Positions 1 through 9,974 of a DNA stretch of 59,501 bases are shown in pieces. Below the pieces are notes generated by a model, which saw only the letters and a list, made by a program, of their open reading frames with translations, did no database searches and was not told where the DNA came from. Position numbers and translations under genes: made by a program. Origin of the DNA: Promethearchaeota archaeon (GTDB lineage: Archaea > Asgardarchaeota > Lokiarchaeia > Sigyniarchaeales > SOKP01); assembly GCA_048938445.1 (NCBI GenBank), contig JBHLME010000008.1, positions 1 to 59,501 of the forward strand, given 5' to 3'. The first letter of the stretch is position 1, and every line of letters starts with the position of its first letter.

Positions 1-855
1 TGGCGTTATGAAAATGAATATCCGCTTTTAAGGACACAATGGACAAAATTTTTTCTACATCAAAATCCTGCTGGACCAGCAACTAAGGCCCCATGGGGAT
101 TACTTAACCAAAATGCCCCAACAGAAAATGAAAAACCCGATAAATTGAAGAGTTCTGCCTTAAGTGCCATGAGTATGTTAGGATCTGGGCTAAGTAGAGC
201 GCCGGCAGGTAGTGGCCTGAATATGGAAGGTGAGATACCAGCCTTTAAACCAGCAATTTTAGCATATTTAAGTCCACCTTTAACTGAAAATTTGACAGCA
301 TGGGGCCCGCTAAGCATTAATCTTTATGGTTCTGCTGATACAGAGGATACATATACATGGGCATGGTTTGTAAGAATAGGAGAAGTAGCACCCAATGATA
401 AAGTTAGGATCTGGACATTAGGTAATCTCAAAGCATCATTTAGGGAGGTTGAAGAGGAAAAGTCCAAGCCAGGACAGCCTTGGCATTCTTTCCAAAATCC
501 AGCTATTCTAGAGCCAAACACAATCTATGATTTTCAAATCGAGATTCAACCCTTATTTCTTACTTTTAAAAAAGGGCATAAGATTTATGTGCAGATTTCA
601 TGTGAGGACCTGGGCTATGAAATTGATAGTACATGTGATCCAATAGGTTTAGCGGGATCAGTGCCCAAAAAAATATCTGTTTACCATGATTCGGAACACC
701 CATCCCATCTGCTCTTGCCGGTTATTCCTGATGCTCCAGAAATCAAGCCAGTGGGACCACCTGTATCAAATATATATTGGGGTGGACCTTCGATTAAAGA
801 TAATTATATATCAAAATTTATGGGTGGAGCAAGTCGACGTAAGAGTTCTAAATAA
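1..855 (+). CDS. CocE/NonD family hydrolase, C-terminal part (5' end outside window)
   Basis: Frame 1 is open from base 1 (WRYENEYPLLRTQWTK). It has PLTENL..WGPLSINLY, FKKGHKIYVQIS and YHDSEHPSHLLLPVIP, typical of the CocE/PepX C-terminal domain. Confidence 0.8.
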   Translation, partial: WRYENEYPLLRTQWTKFFLHQNPAGPATKAPWGLLNQNAPTENEKPDKLKSSALSAMSMLGSGLSRAPAGSGLNMEGEIPAFKPAILAYLSPPLTENLTAWGPLSINLYGSADTEDTYTWAWFVRIGEVAPNDKVRIWTLGNLKASFREVEEEKSKPGQPWHSFQNPAILEPNTIYDFQIEIQPLFLTFKKGHKIYVQISCEDLGYEIDSTCDPIGLAGSVPKKISVYHDSEHPSHLLLPVIPDAPEIKPVGPPVSNIYWGGPSIKDNYISKFMGGASRRKSSK

Positions 856-1117
856 TATCATGAGTTTTGTGAGATTTTCTCACTACTTATTTTTTTTATA
901 GTTCAAAGAGACTAATTCCTATATTTTGTGTATCATATAAAAAAAAATAAAATTTTCAACAATTAATAGTATTATTTTAATCCCTTTTTACTTCATTTAT
1001 CTAAAAATAATAATAATTTGTGCTTCAAACAAATCCTCAATCAATAAAAATAATTAAAATAAAAGTCTCATAATCCAATTTTAAAATAAAATAATGAGAA
1101 AAAAAAATCTTTAATAC

Positions 1118-1876
1118 CTACTTTTTCTTTAAACTTTCCAATAGTGCATCAACTCGTGCGTGATTATCTTGCGCCCCAATGAATGTTCTAAAAAGCCATT
1201 CTTGAAGTCTCATGGCACTATCCAAATCATGATTCAATATCACGTTTCCTAACTGTTTGGTCTCTTTTAAGCATTCTCGATCATAGCTTGCCATTTCAAT
1301 AGCGATTTTTGAGACATTTTCAAGTAATTCTCCATCGGGGAATACTTTATTTACATATCCCATTTTTTCCGCTTCGGCAGCATCGTATATCTTTCCTGAA
1401 AGAGTTAGTTCTTTCGCACGTCCTAATCCAATGATTCGCCAAAGCGGATCTATTAATGGATTGAGAGTTAAAGCAATTTCACGTTGCCCGAATTTTGCTC
1501 TTTCTGAAGCATATCGAATGTCACACATTAATGTCAAGTCAAATCCCCCAGCAATGGCAGGACCACCTACGGCGGCGATGACCGGTTGTTCGCAAAACAT
1601 TATAGCTCGGTAAGCTCTATGAAAGAGTGCTGTGAAATCTTCATTAGACACTTTTTCTAAATTCCTAATGAAATTGAGATCGAAACCTGCTGAGAAATAT
1701 TTCTCACCCCCCGTAAGTACGATTACATTAACATCTTTATTTTTACTCAATTCATTAAATAATCCCTCAATTTCCTCTAATACTTCAGGTGAGAGTGCAT
1801 TTCTTTTTTCTGGACGGTGAATAGTAACCGTTGCTACTTTATCTTCTATTGAAAGCTTGAGAAATTTAATATTCAT
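1118..1876 (-). CDS. Enoyl-CoA hydratase/isomerase (crotonase fold)
   Basis: RPEKRNALS, FSAGFDL, PVIAAVGGPAIAGGFDL..MCDIRYAS. Start placed at ATG 1876 (MNIKF) rather than 1930. Confidence 0.9.
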   Translation of the reverse strand: MNIKFLKLSIEDKVATVTIHRPEKRNALSPEVLEEIEGLFNELSKNKDVNVIVLTGGEKYFSAGFDLNFIRNLEKVSNEDFTALFHRAYRAIMFCEQPVIAAVGGPAIAGGFDLTLMCDIRYASERAKFGQREIALTLNPLIDPLWRIIGLGRAKELTLSGKIYDAAEAEKMGYVNKVFPDGELLENVSKIAIEMASYDRECLKETKQLGNVILNHDLDSAMRLQEWLFRTFIGAQDNHARVDALLESLKKK

Positions 1877-1933
1877 AATAAAAATGATAATCAATGAAGA
1901 TTTATAACAGTTGTCTAATCGATAAGTCAATCA

Positions 1934-2893
1934 TTAAATTGGTTCAAAAGCATTGATTTTTTCAAGATGCTCAAGCATTTTTAAATATTGCCTATCTCTC
2001 TTGTTGAGTATTTCTTCTTCGCTAAGACCACCATAGTCGTAAAATCCCTTACCAGATTTTACTCCTAAATCCCCTCGCTCGACCATCGGAGCTACTACAG
2101 GATTATCTCTTCCTAAATTCCTTCCAACATCAAGAACAAGATCAAGCCCAGTAAAATCATAAGTCTGAACTCCACCAACAATAGGAAGCCTAATGCCTAA
2201 ACTAGTTTTTATTGCATAATCAATTTGTTCCACAGTTGCTATTCCTTGTCCTATAAGGGTGAAAACCACTGGACCGATGGCGTTCTGAATCTTATTGACG
2301 ATGAATGATGGAGAGAATTTTTTCATCACAATAGGCTTCTTTCCTAGCTTTTTAAGAAGCTTTTCTGATAATTCAACAAGATCTTCAGATGTTTTTCTTC
2401 CAGAAGCGACCTCAACAAGAGGAATTATATGAGCAGGAGCATAATAATGGTGAATGATCAATCTAGAAATTTTTTTCATCTTTATATTTCTTGCAAGTTT
2501 AAAGACATCTAATCCAGATGTATTGCTTGCGATGATGACGTCCTCAGAACATAAATCGTCCAATTGTAAAAAAAGCTTTTGCTTCAAATCTGGAACTTCA
2601 GAGATTGCTTCCACGACTAAGTCTGCTTTAGGAGCCTTCTCTGCAAGGTCAGTAGAAGGATGGATCCGATTGATAATCACATGGATATCTTTGTCATTAA
2701 CTTTCCCAAATTCTACTAAAATTGGTAAGTTTAATTTCACTAATTTCATGGCACGTTTAAGGGCATCCTCATTTAAATCCACAAGATCTACTTCAAATCC
2801 AGCTTGAGCATAGAGCTGAGCAATTGAATGCCCCATTGTACCCGCACCTATTACTAAAACTCGTTTAATATCTTCTATATTCATAATTATCAA
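1934..2893 (-). CDS. 3-hydroxyacyl-CoA dehydrogenase family protein
   Basis: Rossmann VIGAGTMGHSIA, VEAISE, IASNTS, H-Y-Y-A-P...LVEV, GDLGVKSGKGFYDY. Confidence 0.9.
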   Translation of the reverse strand: MIIMNIEDIKRVLVIGAGTMGHSIAQLYAQAGFEVDLVDLNEDALKRAMKLVKLNLPILVEFGKVNDKDIHVIINRIHPSTDLAEKAPKADLVVEAISEVPDLKQKLFLQLDDLCSEDVIIASNTSGLDVFKLARNIKMKKISRLIIHHYYAPAHIIPLVEVASGRKTSEDLVELSEKLLKKLGKKPIVMKKFSPSFIVNKIQNAIGPVVFTLIGQGIATVEQIDYAIKTSLGIRLPIVGGVQTYDFTGLDLVLDVGRNLGRDNPVVAPMVERGDLGVKSGKGFYDYGGLSEEEILNKRDRQYLKMLEHLEKINAFEPI

Positions 2894-2961
2894 ATTTTTT
2901 CTTGAATTTTAAAATTGAATCATTAATTATATTCTTATTTTCTTTTAATTTTATGTTAATC

Positions 2962-3117
2962 ATGGCATCATCAGAATCAGATTTTGGTGAATTCATTGAA
3001 CTTGAAAAAAAAGCAGTTTGGAATCATTTTATTAAACCATCTTCATAGGGTGAATTTGTTTTTAATCGAACAACTGAGAAATTTGAAAATGGCTGTAGAT
3101 TACTGTCAAGAGAATAA
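2962..3117 (+). pseudogene. Possible gene remnant or short ORF with internal TAG
   Basis: ATG2962 reads MASSESDFGEFIELEKKAVWNHFIKPSS*(TAG 3046)GEFVFNRTTEKFENGCRLLSRE*. Composition looks coding compared with the flanks. Confidence 0.25.
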
Positions 3118-3287
3118 TGGAATTAGGATCTTAATTTTAACCAATAAAGATAATTCTTATTTGTAATTGAGACTTTAAGACAATTATAATTCATAGTTAT
3201 AAAATAATGAATTAAAATTAATATACTTCAATAATAATAATTTTACGGGAGCATTTTTATTTAGTAGGTTAAAGTAAATTGTAATTA

Positions 3288-3791
3288 TTATTTAATTACG
3301 TTTCCCGTATATACTCCTAACAATCTCTCATATTTTCCAGGTAATTTTCCATTTTGTTCTAAAAAAATGAGCCATTCGTGAATCTCGCTTTCAAGAATGA
3401 ATTTCATATCAACATGCCAAGCTTCTCTATCAGTACGCATCACACGAGAAATTGGGGCCCATGAATATAAATTTAATACAAAATTTGTTTCTGCAATAAT
3501 GATAGAAGCAATATGAGTTATACATATTTCTTTTAAACAATTTATTATTACCCTAATGAAACTTTTGATTAAAATTTCTAGGTAAAAATCTCTTCTTTGT
3601 CTTATATTTTTAATATGATCAGGGAACAAATGATTTTTAATTATCTTTCCAGACAAGTTATAGTATAATACTGCATCTAAAGGAGTCTTTTTCAAGCGTG
3701 GAAAAGCATGTGGAAGTAAAATATATTCTAATTCTTCAATTTTGTCATCTAACATGATATTATTAGATTTTCTTATTATATAAATTTTCAA
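3288..3791 (-). CDS. Hypothetical protein
   Basis: 167-aa ORF in AT-rich DNA, protein-like composition, no recognised motif. Confidence 0.65.
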   Translation of the reverse strand: MKIYIIRKSNNIMLDDKIEELEYILLPHAFPRLKKTPLDAVLYYNLSGKIIKNHLFPDHIKNIRQRRDFYLEILIKSFIRVIINCLKEICITHIASIIIAETNFVLNLYSWAPISRVMRTDREAWHVDMKFILESEIHEWLIFLEQNGKLPGKYERLLGVYTGNVIK

Positions 3792-3860
3792 TACTATTTG
3801 TTATGAATAGAATAATATCCTCATGAATACCATGAAGAATAAATGAGCTCAAGGTCTACC

Positions 3861-3885
3861 TAAGTTATTTACCCTAAATAACTTA
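3861..3885. repeat. Perfect 11-bp inverted repeat (operator or terminator hairpin)
   Basis: TAAGTTATTTA-CCC-TAAATAACTTA, intergenic. Confidence 0.65.
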
Positions 3886-3905
3886 ATTCCGTTTTTCATC
3901 CAACC

Positions 3906-4121
3906 TTACATCTCAATTTCTGGCATATCGGGTTCTGGTTCCGTGGTTTCTGTATAATAATCTAAAATTTCCATTAAATCAAGCGTGACTAAATTATGCT
4001 TTTCATGTTTTTGTTCAAACGATTTAACAATCAATTGACCAACAATGTTATCAGGTTGAATTAAAACATATTTACGGCAGCGCACGCACGCGCGGGCTCG
4101 AATTGAAATAAATATCCCCAT
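3906..4121 (-). CDS. Small CxxC...HxxH (putative zinc-binding) protein, paralog 1
   Basis: RARACVRCRKY-x16-FEQKHEKH, aligns without gaps to the neighbouring ORF. Confidence 0.75.
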   Translation of the reverse strand: MGIFISIRARACVRCRKYVLIQPDNIVGQLIVKSFEQKHEKHNLVTLDLMEILDYYTETTEPEPDMPEIEM

Positions 4122-4238
4122 AAAACCATATAAAAATACACCTATAAATATTTTTACATTTTTGTAATGTTAACGTAAAATGAGCTACTTAAATCATTGA
4201 AAAGTTTAAACAAATAAAAAATTAGTAAAAATATTGGA

Positions 4239-4445
4239 TTATACAATAACAGTTTTTTTTACAACATCAATTTCTTTATTTGGATCAAAACGCTTATATT
4301 GATCCTTTATCTCAAAGTAATTTATTATTATAATCGAATGACCCAAATGAAATTTTTCGAATTTCTTGACGTTATTTTGATTTACTGGATTACTTGCATG
4401 AATTATTATATATTCCTTACATCTTGTACATGCTTTTGCTCTCAT
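4239..4445 (-). CDS. Small CxxC...HxxH (putative zinc-binding) protein, paralog 2
   Basis: RAKACTRCKEY-x16-FEKFHLGH. Confidence 0.75.
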   Translation of the reverse strand: MRAKACTRCKEYIIIHASNPVNQNNVKKFEKFHLGHSIIIINYFEIKDQYKRFDPNKEIDVVKKTVIV

Positions 4446-4645
4446 TTTTTATAAACTCTGTTTTGCAGATTATTATTGAGATGATAAAAAAAATATATAT
4501 CCCAATTCTAGTAAAACGAACTCTATTAAAAAACCTATCACTTAATAATTCTTTAAAAAATTGATAAACATCTTAGTTTTAATAAACTAAAAAATATTAG
4601 AATTTAATAATCTGAATAAAAATATCAATTTTATTAGATTCTTTC

Positions 4646-6895
4646 TTATATTTCCATCAAATTGGGGATCGTAGAATCGTAGAGATCTTTCAATTTTTTC
4701 GTTTCAAGAGATAATTCAATACTCTTTAATCCTTTAATATTTATTTGTGGATCTTGAGTAATCTTACCAATTTTTTTTAGGAATACACCATATTTTTCAG
4801 CCATTTCCATTATTTGATCAATATCTTTTGGTTCTGACTCGATAATGAATCTTCCCGCAGATTCACTAAATAAATAAATATCATCTCTAAGATCATTGAT
4901 ATTACAATCTTTAAGGTCAAGTTCGGCACCAAATCTATTTTTAAAGCACATTTCAGCTATAGTTATAATAAATCCTCCTTTATTCACGTCGTGATTTGAT
5001 TTGACAAGTTTTTTACTGTATAATTCTAATAAAAAGTTCCATGTTGCTTTGATAATCTCTTCATCAATTTTTGGTGGAATTCCGCCCTCCATATCATAAA
5101 TTACTGAATGATATTCTGATCCTCCGAGTTCCGCCTTAGTTTCTCCAATGAGTAATATATCATTACCTTCTTTTTTAAAAGGGAGGGTTATAATATTTTC
5201 TACCCCTTCAATAATTCCTAAAATCATAATTATAGGTGTAGCTTTAATTGCCGTATTATTAACTTCATCTTCATTATAAAAGGACACATTTCCGCCTACA
5301 ATCGGTATCTTTAACGCCCTACAAGAATCATTCATTCCATCCACGGATTTAGAAAAATACCAATATGATTCTGGTTTTTCAGGATTTCCAAAATTGCAGC
5401 AATTAACCATTGCTAATGGTTTAGCTCCATTTGCTAACACGTTTCCACATACTTCAATTAACCCTCCTTTTGCGCCCTCATAAGGATTAAGAAAACAGTG
5501 CTTTGAATTCGTGCCAACACTTGCGGCAATAAACTTATTCGTACCTATTATTCTTAAAACACCAGAATCCCCTTCACCGCACTTGACAACGGATCTTACA
5601 CCAACTTCATGATCATATTGTCGATATACCCATTCTTTACTACAAATATTTTCAGAAGCGATTAATTTATATATTATTTCCTCAAGAGAAATGTCAGGCG
5701 CTGGAGTTTTTTGTGCGAGCAGTTTATCTAGAAATTCTGGACGCTTTTCTTCCCTAGGTATTGGAGGTGCATCAGATAATGCTGTTGATGGTAAATTGAC
5801 CACAAAATTATCCCCATCTTGTACTTTTAATACTTTTGATTCGTCCGTTCTTCCTATAACGGCATGTGACATCTCAAACTTCCTAAAAATCTTTAAAATT
5901 TCTTCCAATCCCTCAGGTTTTACTATGAATGCCATTCTCTCTTGAGATTCTGAAAGCATTACTTCAAAAGAATTCATTCCAGGTTCTCTTGTAAAAATTT
6001 TTGACATGTCAATTTGAGCTCCTGTACCACCGTCTCCTGTAAGTTCACTTAACGCGCATGACAATCCTCCCCCTCCTAAGTCCTTCAGTCCTCTCACGTG
6101 GCCTGTTTTTATTGCTTCAATTGTTGCTTCTATGATCATCTTTTTCGTGAAGGGATCACCAATTTGAACCGCAGGTCTATCTGCTTCGGACATTTCTGTT
6201 AATGTTCGAGAAGCAAAAGTGACCCCGTGTATTCCATCTCTTCCAGTAGATCCTCCCATCAGTATGACATAATCACCGGGATGATATGCCCTACTTGGAG
6301 CGTGTTTGAAATCTTCTATGGTACCCAATCCTATGCATGCTACATTTACCAAACAATTACTTTCAAAACTCTTATCAAATTCCACTTCTCCTCCAATGGT
6401 TGGGATTCCAGTACAATTTCCATAATCTGCAATACCTTTTACAACATATTTGAATAACCATTGTGAATGTGGATTATTTTTTAAAGTACCAAATCTTAGA
6501 GGATCTAATAAAGCAATCGGTCTAACACCCATGCATAAAATATCTCTAATAATTCCTCCAATACCAGTAGCGGCACCATGATAGGGTTCTATGGCTGATG
6601 GATGGTTATGTGATTCAATTCTAAATGCTAAACAATACCCATCTCCTATACCGATGACACCCGCGTCTTGTCCTGGTCCCGCCAATACGTAATCATAATT
6701 TTCTTCAGCATTTTCAAAAAATTTTAACTTAGGTCGTGAAGATTTATACGAACAATGTTCTGAATGCATTACATCAAACATTCCCCACTCAGTAATAGAG
6801 GGATTCCTTTTTAATAGATCTTTTATTTGTATGATTTCTTTATCCGTTAAATCTACGTTCAATTCATTACCATCGCTTTTTACTTTTGGCATCAT
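4646..6895 (-). CDS. purL: Phosphoribosylformylglycinamidine synthase subunit PurL
   Basis: SEHCSYKSS, ESHNHPSAIEPYHGAATGIGGIIRDI, LSESQERM, GGNVSFYNE. Confidence 0.97.
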   Translation of the reverse strand: MMPKVKSDGNELNVDLTDKEIIQIKDLLKRNPSITEWGMFDVMHSEHCSYKSSRPKLKFFENAEENYDYVLAGPGQDAGVIGIGDGYCLAFRIESHNHPSAIEPYHGAATGIGGIIRDILCMGVRPIALLDPLRFGTLKNNPHSQWLFKYVVKGIADYGNCTGIPTIGGEVEFDKSFESNCLVNVACIGLGTIEDFKHAPSRAYHPGDYVILMGGSTGRDGIHGVTFASRTLTEMSEADRPAVQIGDPFTKKMIIEATIEAIKTGHVRGLKDLGGGGLSCALSELTGDGGTGAQIDMSKIFTREPGMNSFEVMLSESQERMAFIVKPEGLEEILKIFRKFEMSHAVIGRTDESKVLKVQDGDNFVVNLPSTALSDAPPIPREEKRPEFLDKLLAQKTPAPDISLEEIIYKLIASENICSKEWVYRQYDHEVGVRSVVKCGEGDSGVLRIIGTNKFIAASVGTNSKHCFLNPYEGAKGGLIEVCGNVLANGAKPLAMVNCCNFGNPEKPESYWYFSKSVDGMNDSCRALKIPIVGGNVSFYNEDEVNNTAIKATPIIMILGIIEGVENIITLPFKKEGNDILLIGETKAELGGSEYHSVIYDMEGGIPPKIDEEIIKATWNFLLELYSKKLVKSNHDVNKGGFIITIAEMCFKNRFGAELDLKDCNINDLRDDIYLFSESAGRFIIESEPKDIDQIMEMAEKYGVFLKKIGKITQDPQINIKGLKSIELSLETKKLKDLYDSTIPNLMEI

Positions 6896-7602
6896 AAACC
6901 CCCCCGTTTTATGAATTCTATCATGCTTTCAAAAAATAGTTTACCATGAGTAGTTCCATTTGGACTCAAAATTGTTTCAGAAGCACGTTCAGGATGAGGC
7001 ATTAATCCTACACAATTTCTATCAAGATTGCAGACTCCCGCTATACTTCCAAGGGAACCATTTGGGTTATGTTCTTCAGTTATTTCTCCCGCCTCATTCG
7101 TATATCTAAAGACAATTTGATCATTATCTTCAAGTTCTTTTAGATTGTCAGTGAAATAACGTCCTTCTGCATGAGCGATCGGAATATCGAGTACTGAATT
7201 CATCTCCATTTTATTTGTAAAGGCTGTCTTTTTGTTTTCTACCTTAATATTAATCCATTTACAAATAAATTTGAGTGTGTCATTTCTTAATAAAGCACCG
7301 GGTAGAAATTGTGCTTCTGTTAAAATTTGGAATCCATTACATGTTCCAAGAATTGGCCTTCCATCTTTTAACATTACTCTTGCTTCATCAATTGCGGGGC
7401 TATGGGCTGCAATTATGCCTGCTCTTAAATAATCACCAAACGCAAATCCCCCTGGAAATACACACCCATCAAATTGAGATTCTTTGAAGTTATTATGCCA
7501 TATTAATTCCGTTTCAACATTCATTACATTATTGAGAACATGAATTATATCAAGATCGCAATTTGAACCTGGGAACTGGATGACAGCTATTTTGATAGTC
7601 AT
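6892..7602 (-). CDS. purQ: FGAM synthase glutaminase subunit PurQ
   Basis: FPGSNCD, PGGFAFGDYLRAG, GTCNGFQIL, MPHPER. Overlaps purL by 4 bp. Confidence 0.97.
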   Translation of the reverse strand: MTIKIAVIQFPGSNCDLDIIHVLNNVMNVETELIWHNNFKESQFDGCVFPGGFAFGDYLRAGIIAAHSPAIDEARVMLKDGRPILGTCNGFQILTEAQFLPGALLRNDTLKFICKWINIKVENKKTAFTNKMEMNSVLDIPIAHAEGRYFTDNLKELEDNDQIVFRYTNEAGEITEEHNPNGSLGSIAGVCNLDRNCVGLMPHPERASETILSPNGTTHGKLFFESMIEFIKRGGL

Positions 7603-7616
7603 GATTTTTATATTAA

Positions 7617-7889
7617 TTATTTTTTAGATACATTTAAAATGGTTAAATTCTGTGTTACTGGATTGAAGATACGAAGATCATTACACATTTTATCAACAAT
7701 TGTTCTTGCGTGATTTTCTTCATTCGCTTTGAGATAGATTCTTAAATATTGCCCTGATCTAACATTAGAAACCATTTCATATCCTTTTTTTGCTAATAGG
7801 TCCTTTTGAATAACAGATCCTACAGGATCTCTCGCTGCAGGTTTATTTTCAAGTACAATTTCTACAATCCATTCATTATCATTGCTCAT
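7617..7889 (-). CDS. purS: FGAM synthase subunit PurS
   Basis: DPVG and NPV motifs, about 90 aa, directly upstream of purQ. ATG 7889 is the likely start. Confidence 0.9.
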   Translation of the reverse strand: MSNDNEWIVEIVLENKPAARDPVGSVIQKDLLAKKGYEMVSNVRSGQYLRIYLKANEENHARTIVDKMCNDLRIFNPVTQNLTILNVSKK

Positions 7890-8094
7890 TTTTCCTGAAA
7901 CCACTTCCTAAATTAACTTAATGTAATATATATATTTTAAATCTCGATTACTACTTCAAGATACATAGAGTTTCATTGATAATAAAGTAAACGTTTAATA
8001 AGTTTTAATTTATTCCTATTAATTTGGCAATAACGTTTATTATGAGAAATTAAGAGAACATCATAAAGTGATTATACTTCTCAAATAAGGACAT

Positions 8095-8313
8095 TTAAAA
8101 ACTTATTCCAACTGTCATGTATGGAAGACTCGCAATTACAAGCATTAATATTGATAGAATTATGAATAACAAGCTATAACCTGTGAATTTTGGCAAATTT
8201 TTACCTAAACTTTTACTTCTATCTACTTTTGGGGACAAAACATCATATAACAAAGCAATTATGGATGCAACAAACAATCCAAAACTGAGTAAAAGGAAAA
8301 TAACATCAATCAT
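8095..8313 (-). CDS. Small membrane protein (2 TM)
   Basis: Two hydrophobic segments flanking a basic loop. Confidence 0.6.
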   Translation of the reverse strand: MIDVIFLLLSFGLFVASIIALLYDVLSPKVDRSKSLGKNLPKFTGYSLLFIILSILMLVIASLPYMTVGISF

Positions 8314-8359
8314 TATAAGAAAAATACTTCTATTATTTTATTAAAATCTTTCTATAATT

Positions 8360-9340
8360 TTAGAGGTATTTTGCTTCTTTCAAGTTTTTTAGAATTCTCT
8401 GCTTTACTACGCCTACTTCAGGTTTAAATTCCATTCCCGTTATTTTTTGATAACTTTTCATGTACCTTTTAGCTAATTCAATTTTTATGTCATCTGAAAT
8501 TGGAGGTATCTCTTGGTCAGGTTTAATATTGGGAAAAATATCAGGATATGTATTCATCAACCATCCTCTAAAAATTTCCTTATCTAAAATTTCAGGTTCT
8601 TCTTTTTTTTTGAATAATTCATCATAACTGTCAGCAAACCAAAACCTTGATGAATCTTGAGTATGTATCTCATCGATTATCATCAATTCTCCTTCTTTTA
8701 AACCCATTTCATATTTCGTATCTACCAAGATTAGACCATTCTTTTTACAAAAATTCTGACCATACTTAAATAATGTAATTGCTGTTTCTTCCATCTCTTC
8801 ATAGAGATCCTTATCTACTATCTTTTCATTTATAATTTGGTCCTTTGAAATATAGATGTCATGACCTGATTCTGCCTTTGTTGAGGGGGTCACTATAATG
8901 TCATCGAGTTTTTGATTCTTTATTAATCCTTTTGGTAATACCACTCCTGAAGTATGTTCTCCCTTTAAATAGTTTCGCCAAGCAGTTCCAGTGATATATG
9001 CCCTTACTATCATTTCAATCGGAATCGTATCGCATTGATGGACAACAGCAACATTGGGGTCGGGAACTTCAATGATATGATTCTTAACAATATTTTTTGT
9101 TTTTTCAAACCAAAAAGCGCTAACTTGATTTAGCATTTGTCCTTTAAATGGTATCGTGGTGATAACTCTATCAAAAGAGGATAATCTATCAGTTGCGATA
9201 ATAATTCGTTTATCATTCAAGATATAATTATCTCTAACCTTTCCTCTATACAATTTTGCATTTGGAATATCAAGATTTGTATCTTTTAAAGTATTATCAA
9301 ATTGCTGTTTAATTATTTCATCAATATTTTCAGCTATCAT
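8360..9340 (-). CDS. purC: SAICAR synthetase
   Basis: RGKVRDNY, TDRLSSFD, IPFKGQMLN, TPSTKAE, LVDTKYEMG, DEIHTQDSSRFW. Confidence 0.96.
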   Translation of the reverse strand: MIAENIDEIIKQQFDNTLKDTNLDIPNAKLYRGKVRDNYILNDKRIIIATDRLSSFDRVITTIPFKGQMLNQVSAFWFEKTKNIVKNHIIEVPDPNVAVVHQCDTIPIEMIVRAYITGTAWRNYLKGEHTSGVVLPKGLIKNQKLDDIIVTPSTKAESGHDIYISKDQIINEKIVDKDLYEEMEETAITLFKYGQNFCKKNGLILVDTKYEMGLKEGELMIIDEIHTQDSSRFWFADSYDELFKKKEEPEILDKEIFRGWLMNTYPDIFPNIKPDQEIPPISDDIKIELAKRYMKSYQKITGMEFKPEVGVVKQRILKNLKEAKYL

Positions 9341-9403
9341 GATTACTATAAATTATAAACCTAATAAAAACTGTTGTTATTAACTCGCAAGTAAAACTTA
9401 TGT

Positions 9404-9775
9404 TCATTTCTTAAAATAAATACCATTATTGAATTCAGAAATAGGATATTTTTTCTTATTTTTAAGCATTTTTTTAAGGAATGTCGATGTAAGATCTAGA
9501 TCCAAAGAATTAATTAAACTTATTAAATAAATGAAAACATCTGCGCTTTCATCAGCAATATTGTTTAATAATGTTTTGTCTTTCATTATATCTTCAATAT
9601 TATGTTCTTTGAATAGAAATAATTGAGAAAGCTCTCCTGCTTCACAATTTAATGCTTGAACTAAATTTTTTGGAGAATGATATTTTTTCCATCCACGCTC
9701 TTCCACAAAATTCTTAACTTGATTTTTAAAAAAAGAAATACATGTATTATTATCGTTTTTATCAATCATTATCAA
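9404..9775 (-). CDS. MazG-like nucleotide pyrophosphohydrolase (dCTP pyrophosphatase-like)
   Basis: FVEERGWKKYHSPKNL...EAGEL...DESADV...KNKKKYP. Confidence 0.88.
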   Translation of the reverse strand: MIMIDKNDNNTCISFFKNQVKNFVEERGWKKYHSPKNLVQALNCEAGELSQLFLFKEHNIEDIMKDKTLLNNIADESADVFIYLISLINSLDLDLTSTFLKKMLKNKKKYPISEFNNGIYFKK

Positions 9776-9974
9776 TTAAAAAGTGACATTTATTTTAAGT
9801 TACTTTCAACCTTGGTTTATTATAAAATTACATGTTAAATCATTAACTATGTTAAAATCTTTATGAATTACCACAAATGGAAAGATTTTAATTCTTATTT
9901 AAGAGGAAAGTAAGGGAAGTGAAATTAATCTTTAAAAATTTATTATAAATCATAGATAATGGAGAATAAATGAT

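Noticed and set aside
4078-4100. GC-rich patch CAGCGCACGCACGCGCGGGCTCG
   Set aside because: Explained by the Arg/Ala/Cys codons of RARACVRC.
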